From Plasmodiophora brassicae (lineage: Eukaryota): 64,000 bases of DNA. The notes below the pieces were generated by a model. The model saw only the letters and a program-made list of their open reading frames with translations, ran no database searches and had not been told where the DNA came from. A program made the position numbers and the translations under genes. The stretch is from assembly GCA_036867785.1 (NCBI GenBank), contig CP145410.1:930001-994000 (forward strand), given 5' to 3'. This document shows, in pieces, positions 62,304 through 64,000 of the stretch; within the stretch, counting starts at the first letter, position 1, and every line of letters begins with the position of its first letter.

Positions 62304-63224
62304 TTAGTGCTGGGACTGCGCCCTAACGTACAGGATTGATGATGTCGGGTGGGGCGGCGCCTTGCCCGATAGCTCGGCGGCGGCAGTGAAGTGCTCGTGG
62401 AGCAGGGTGGTTAGGCGCCGGCGACGTGTGGCGTCGCCCAGGTGCACCTTGCCGAGCATGACGAACCGGTTCCGATGGCGGTCCTTGACGATGCGCCCGA
62501 AGCGCAGCCTGGCGTTCAGCCGGGCCAGTAGTCGGCGATGGGCCGGCTTCGTATGGGGGCCCTCGTTACCGACGGAGGTGACGACAACGATCGCGCTGGC
62601 GTCGAATCCGATGTTCGTGGTCAGCGTCCGCCCTCGTTTGACCTGGATGCGGCGCCGGCTCCTGTCGACGTCGACGACGACGTTGTTCGAAAACCCGCCG
62701 TTTACGACAACGTCGACGACCTCGTCGAACGTGCCGTCGTCATGGACGCGGACGAGCGCCAGACTGTCTGCCACGATCAGGGCCGCCATAGCGTTCGCTA
62801 GCCCCATGTCCAGGTACCGTCGCAGGGTGTCAAACGACGCCACCACACAATGCACCGTCTTCGATGTGACGTACCGCGCCGACGCCACGTCAGTGATGCA
62901 GGAGATGGGCAGGTCGTAGTAGTAGCGGATCTCGTGAGATTCCAGTTCGACGGCGTAATGGCCCAGGTCGAGGGCGACGTTGGCGCGCGCCACGAACGCG
63001 CACGCGTCCGCGACCTGGTCGCGTTCGACGGCGTAGAAGTTCGTGACGATGAACTTGATGGAGTCGAACGTCGGGCTGGGACGGGCCACCAGCACGGCCC
63101 CGTTGGCGAAGTTGACGCGCAGGCCTTGCGCCTGGTCCTCGAACGTGCAGTCGGCGCTGGCGCTTGCCTGGCACGATTCGCGGATCAGCTCGAGGACGGC
63201 ACGCACCATGCCATACGACGCCAT
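62304..63224 (-). CDS. Tandem YbjN/T3SS-chaperone-like domain protein, intronless
   Basis: VERDQVADACAFVARANVALDLGHYAVELESHEIRYYYDLP and a second degenerate repeat RLLARLNARLRFGRIVKD fit the YbjN pattern (..N..L.FG.F.LD..G.I.Y). Confidence 0.6.
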   Translation of the reverse strand: MASYGMVRAVLELIRESCQASASADCTFEDQAQGLRVNFANGAVLVARPSPTFDSIKFIVTNFYAVERDQVADACAFVARANVALDLGHYAVELESHEIRYYYDLPISCITDVASARYVTSKTVHCVVASFDTLRRYLDMGLANAMAALIVADSLALVRVHDDGTFDEVVDVVVNGGFSNNVVVDVDRSRRRIQVKRGRTLTTNIGFDASAIVVVTSVGNEGPHTKPAHRRLLARLNARLRFGRIVKDRHRNRFVMLGKVHLGDATRRRRLTTLLHEHFTAAAELSGKAPPHPTSSILYVRAQSQH

Positions 63225-64000
63225 CGGCGACGGTCGATGACGACGGGACGGGGTGGGGCGGGGGCGTTGCGGCGGTGCTGGGGCGATCTAGAGCGCTGGC
63301 ACAACGTGGTGGACCTGGGGGAGGGTTATGAATCGACCACGAGGTGCAGCGGGATCCCGTTTCGAGGTCGTACGAATAAATGTGATGTGACACCTGGGGT
63401 TGGGCACGCTGGGTCGATCAGGAACATCGATGGGCGATGACGCTCGCCCGAATGAGTCAACATGGAACAAGCGGTATGCGATGTTTGGCATTGAAGCAAC
63501 CACCGCCGAACCGGTTCAGTAGATCGCACGAACGTATCGCCACAGCACGTCTGCTCCTCTGCTCCAGTGACTATGTGTATGGACTGTACCTCCTCCCCCA
63601 TGCTACGCGAGTGGGCCACGTTCTGCAACTCGGCATCCCCCAGGCGGCTCTGGATGGACAAGCAGGGGAGAGGTACGCGGACAGCGCTTGCCTCAAGGCG
63701 AACAACGTCTCCCGGGGTGGCCGAGCGTACTCAACGGCCGCCCTTGGCAACGGCTCTGTCCCCCGTCACCGGCGAGGTGGTGTATTCGGAAGCTGAAACA
63801 AGTGTCTGACCGGACGCGTTGAATCACGCGAGCCGCATCGCAGAATGCCGCGCTCAACGGCGCGCCCAATCGCATTGACGAGACTAGGGGCTGTCGACGA
63901 CCATATAGGAGCAGCTTACGTAACTCTATCCGGGGCCGAATCTGACACGTGATATGCAGGACGTCGGCGCGTTGGACGCGTTAGTAGCGGCGGTCACCGA

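Noticed and set aside
36303-63224. Bacterial-like genes as assembly contamination or a single HGT island
   Set aside because: They are dispersed among intron-bearing eukaryotic genes and two contain spliceosomal introns.
63237-63809. Possible small spliced plus-strand gene
   Set aside because: Splice-like sites exist but no consistent reading frame or homology could be established.

Overview
This is a gene-dense, GC-rich eukaryotic window with short (mostly about 50-70 nt) GT-AG introns and very short intergenic spacers. It is not prokaryotic. Gene content and architecture suggest a compact protist genome, most plausibly a phytomyxid such as Plasmodiophora brassicae (inference, unverified). 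About 33 protein-coding genes are supported. Housekeeping genes include BCKDH E2, isocitrate lyase, RPN10, PKA-C, a Kelch-BTB protein, OXA1, RPL23, RAD5, a BRF-type TFIIB factor, a Deg protease, a MAPK, SPX-EXS, LSM14, two Qc-SNAREs, TSR2, an ABCA transporter and a PRPS-like gene. The more unusual items are: (1) a tandem pair of single-domain globins head-to-head with a compact chitin-synthase-like GT2; (2) a cytosolic GT60 (Skp1 GlcNAc-transferase-like); (3) several genes resembling bacterial or giant-virus families (chorismate-lyase-like, tandem YbjN-like, M50 protease, DUF5880-like); (4) two deletion-riddled relic copies lying directly upstream of their intact parent genes; (5) an inverted pair of DNA-transposon fragments; (6) a PRPS with degenerate catalytic motifs; (7) a PTS2-like signal on isocitrate lyase. 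Gene boundaries and splice sites were read by eye and no database searches were run. No rRNA, tRNA or CRISPR array was recognised.
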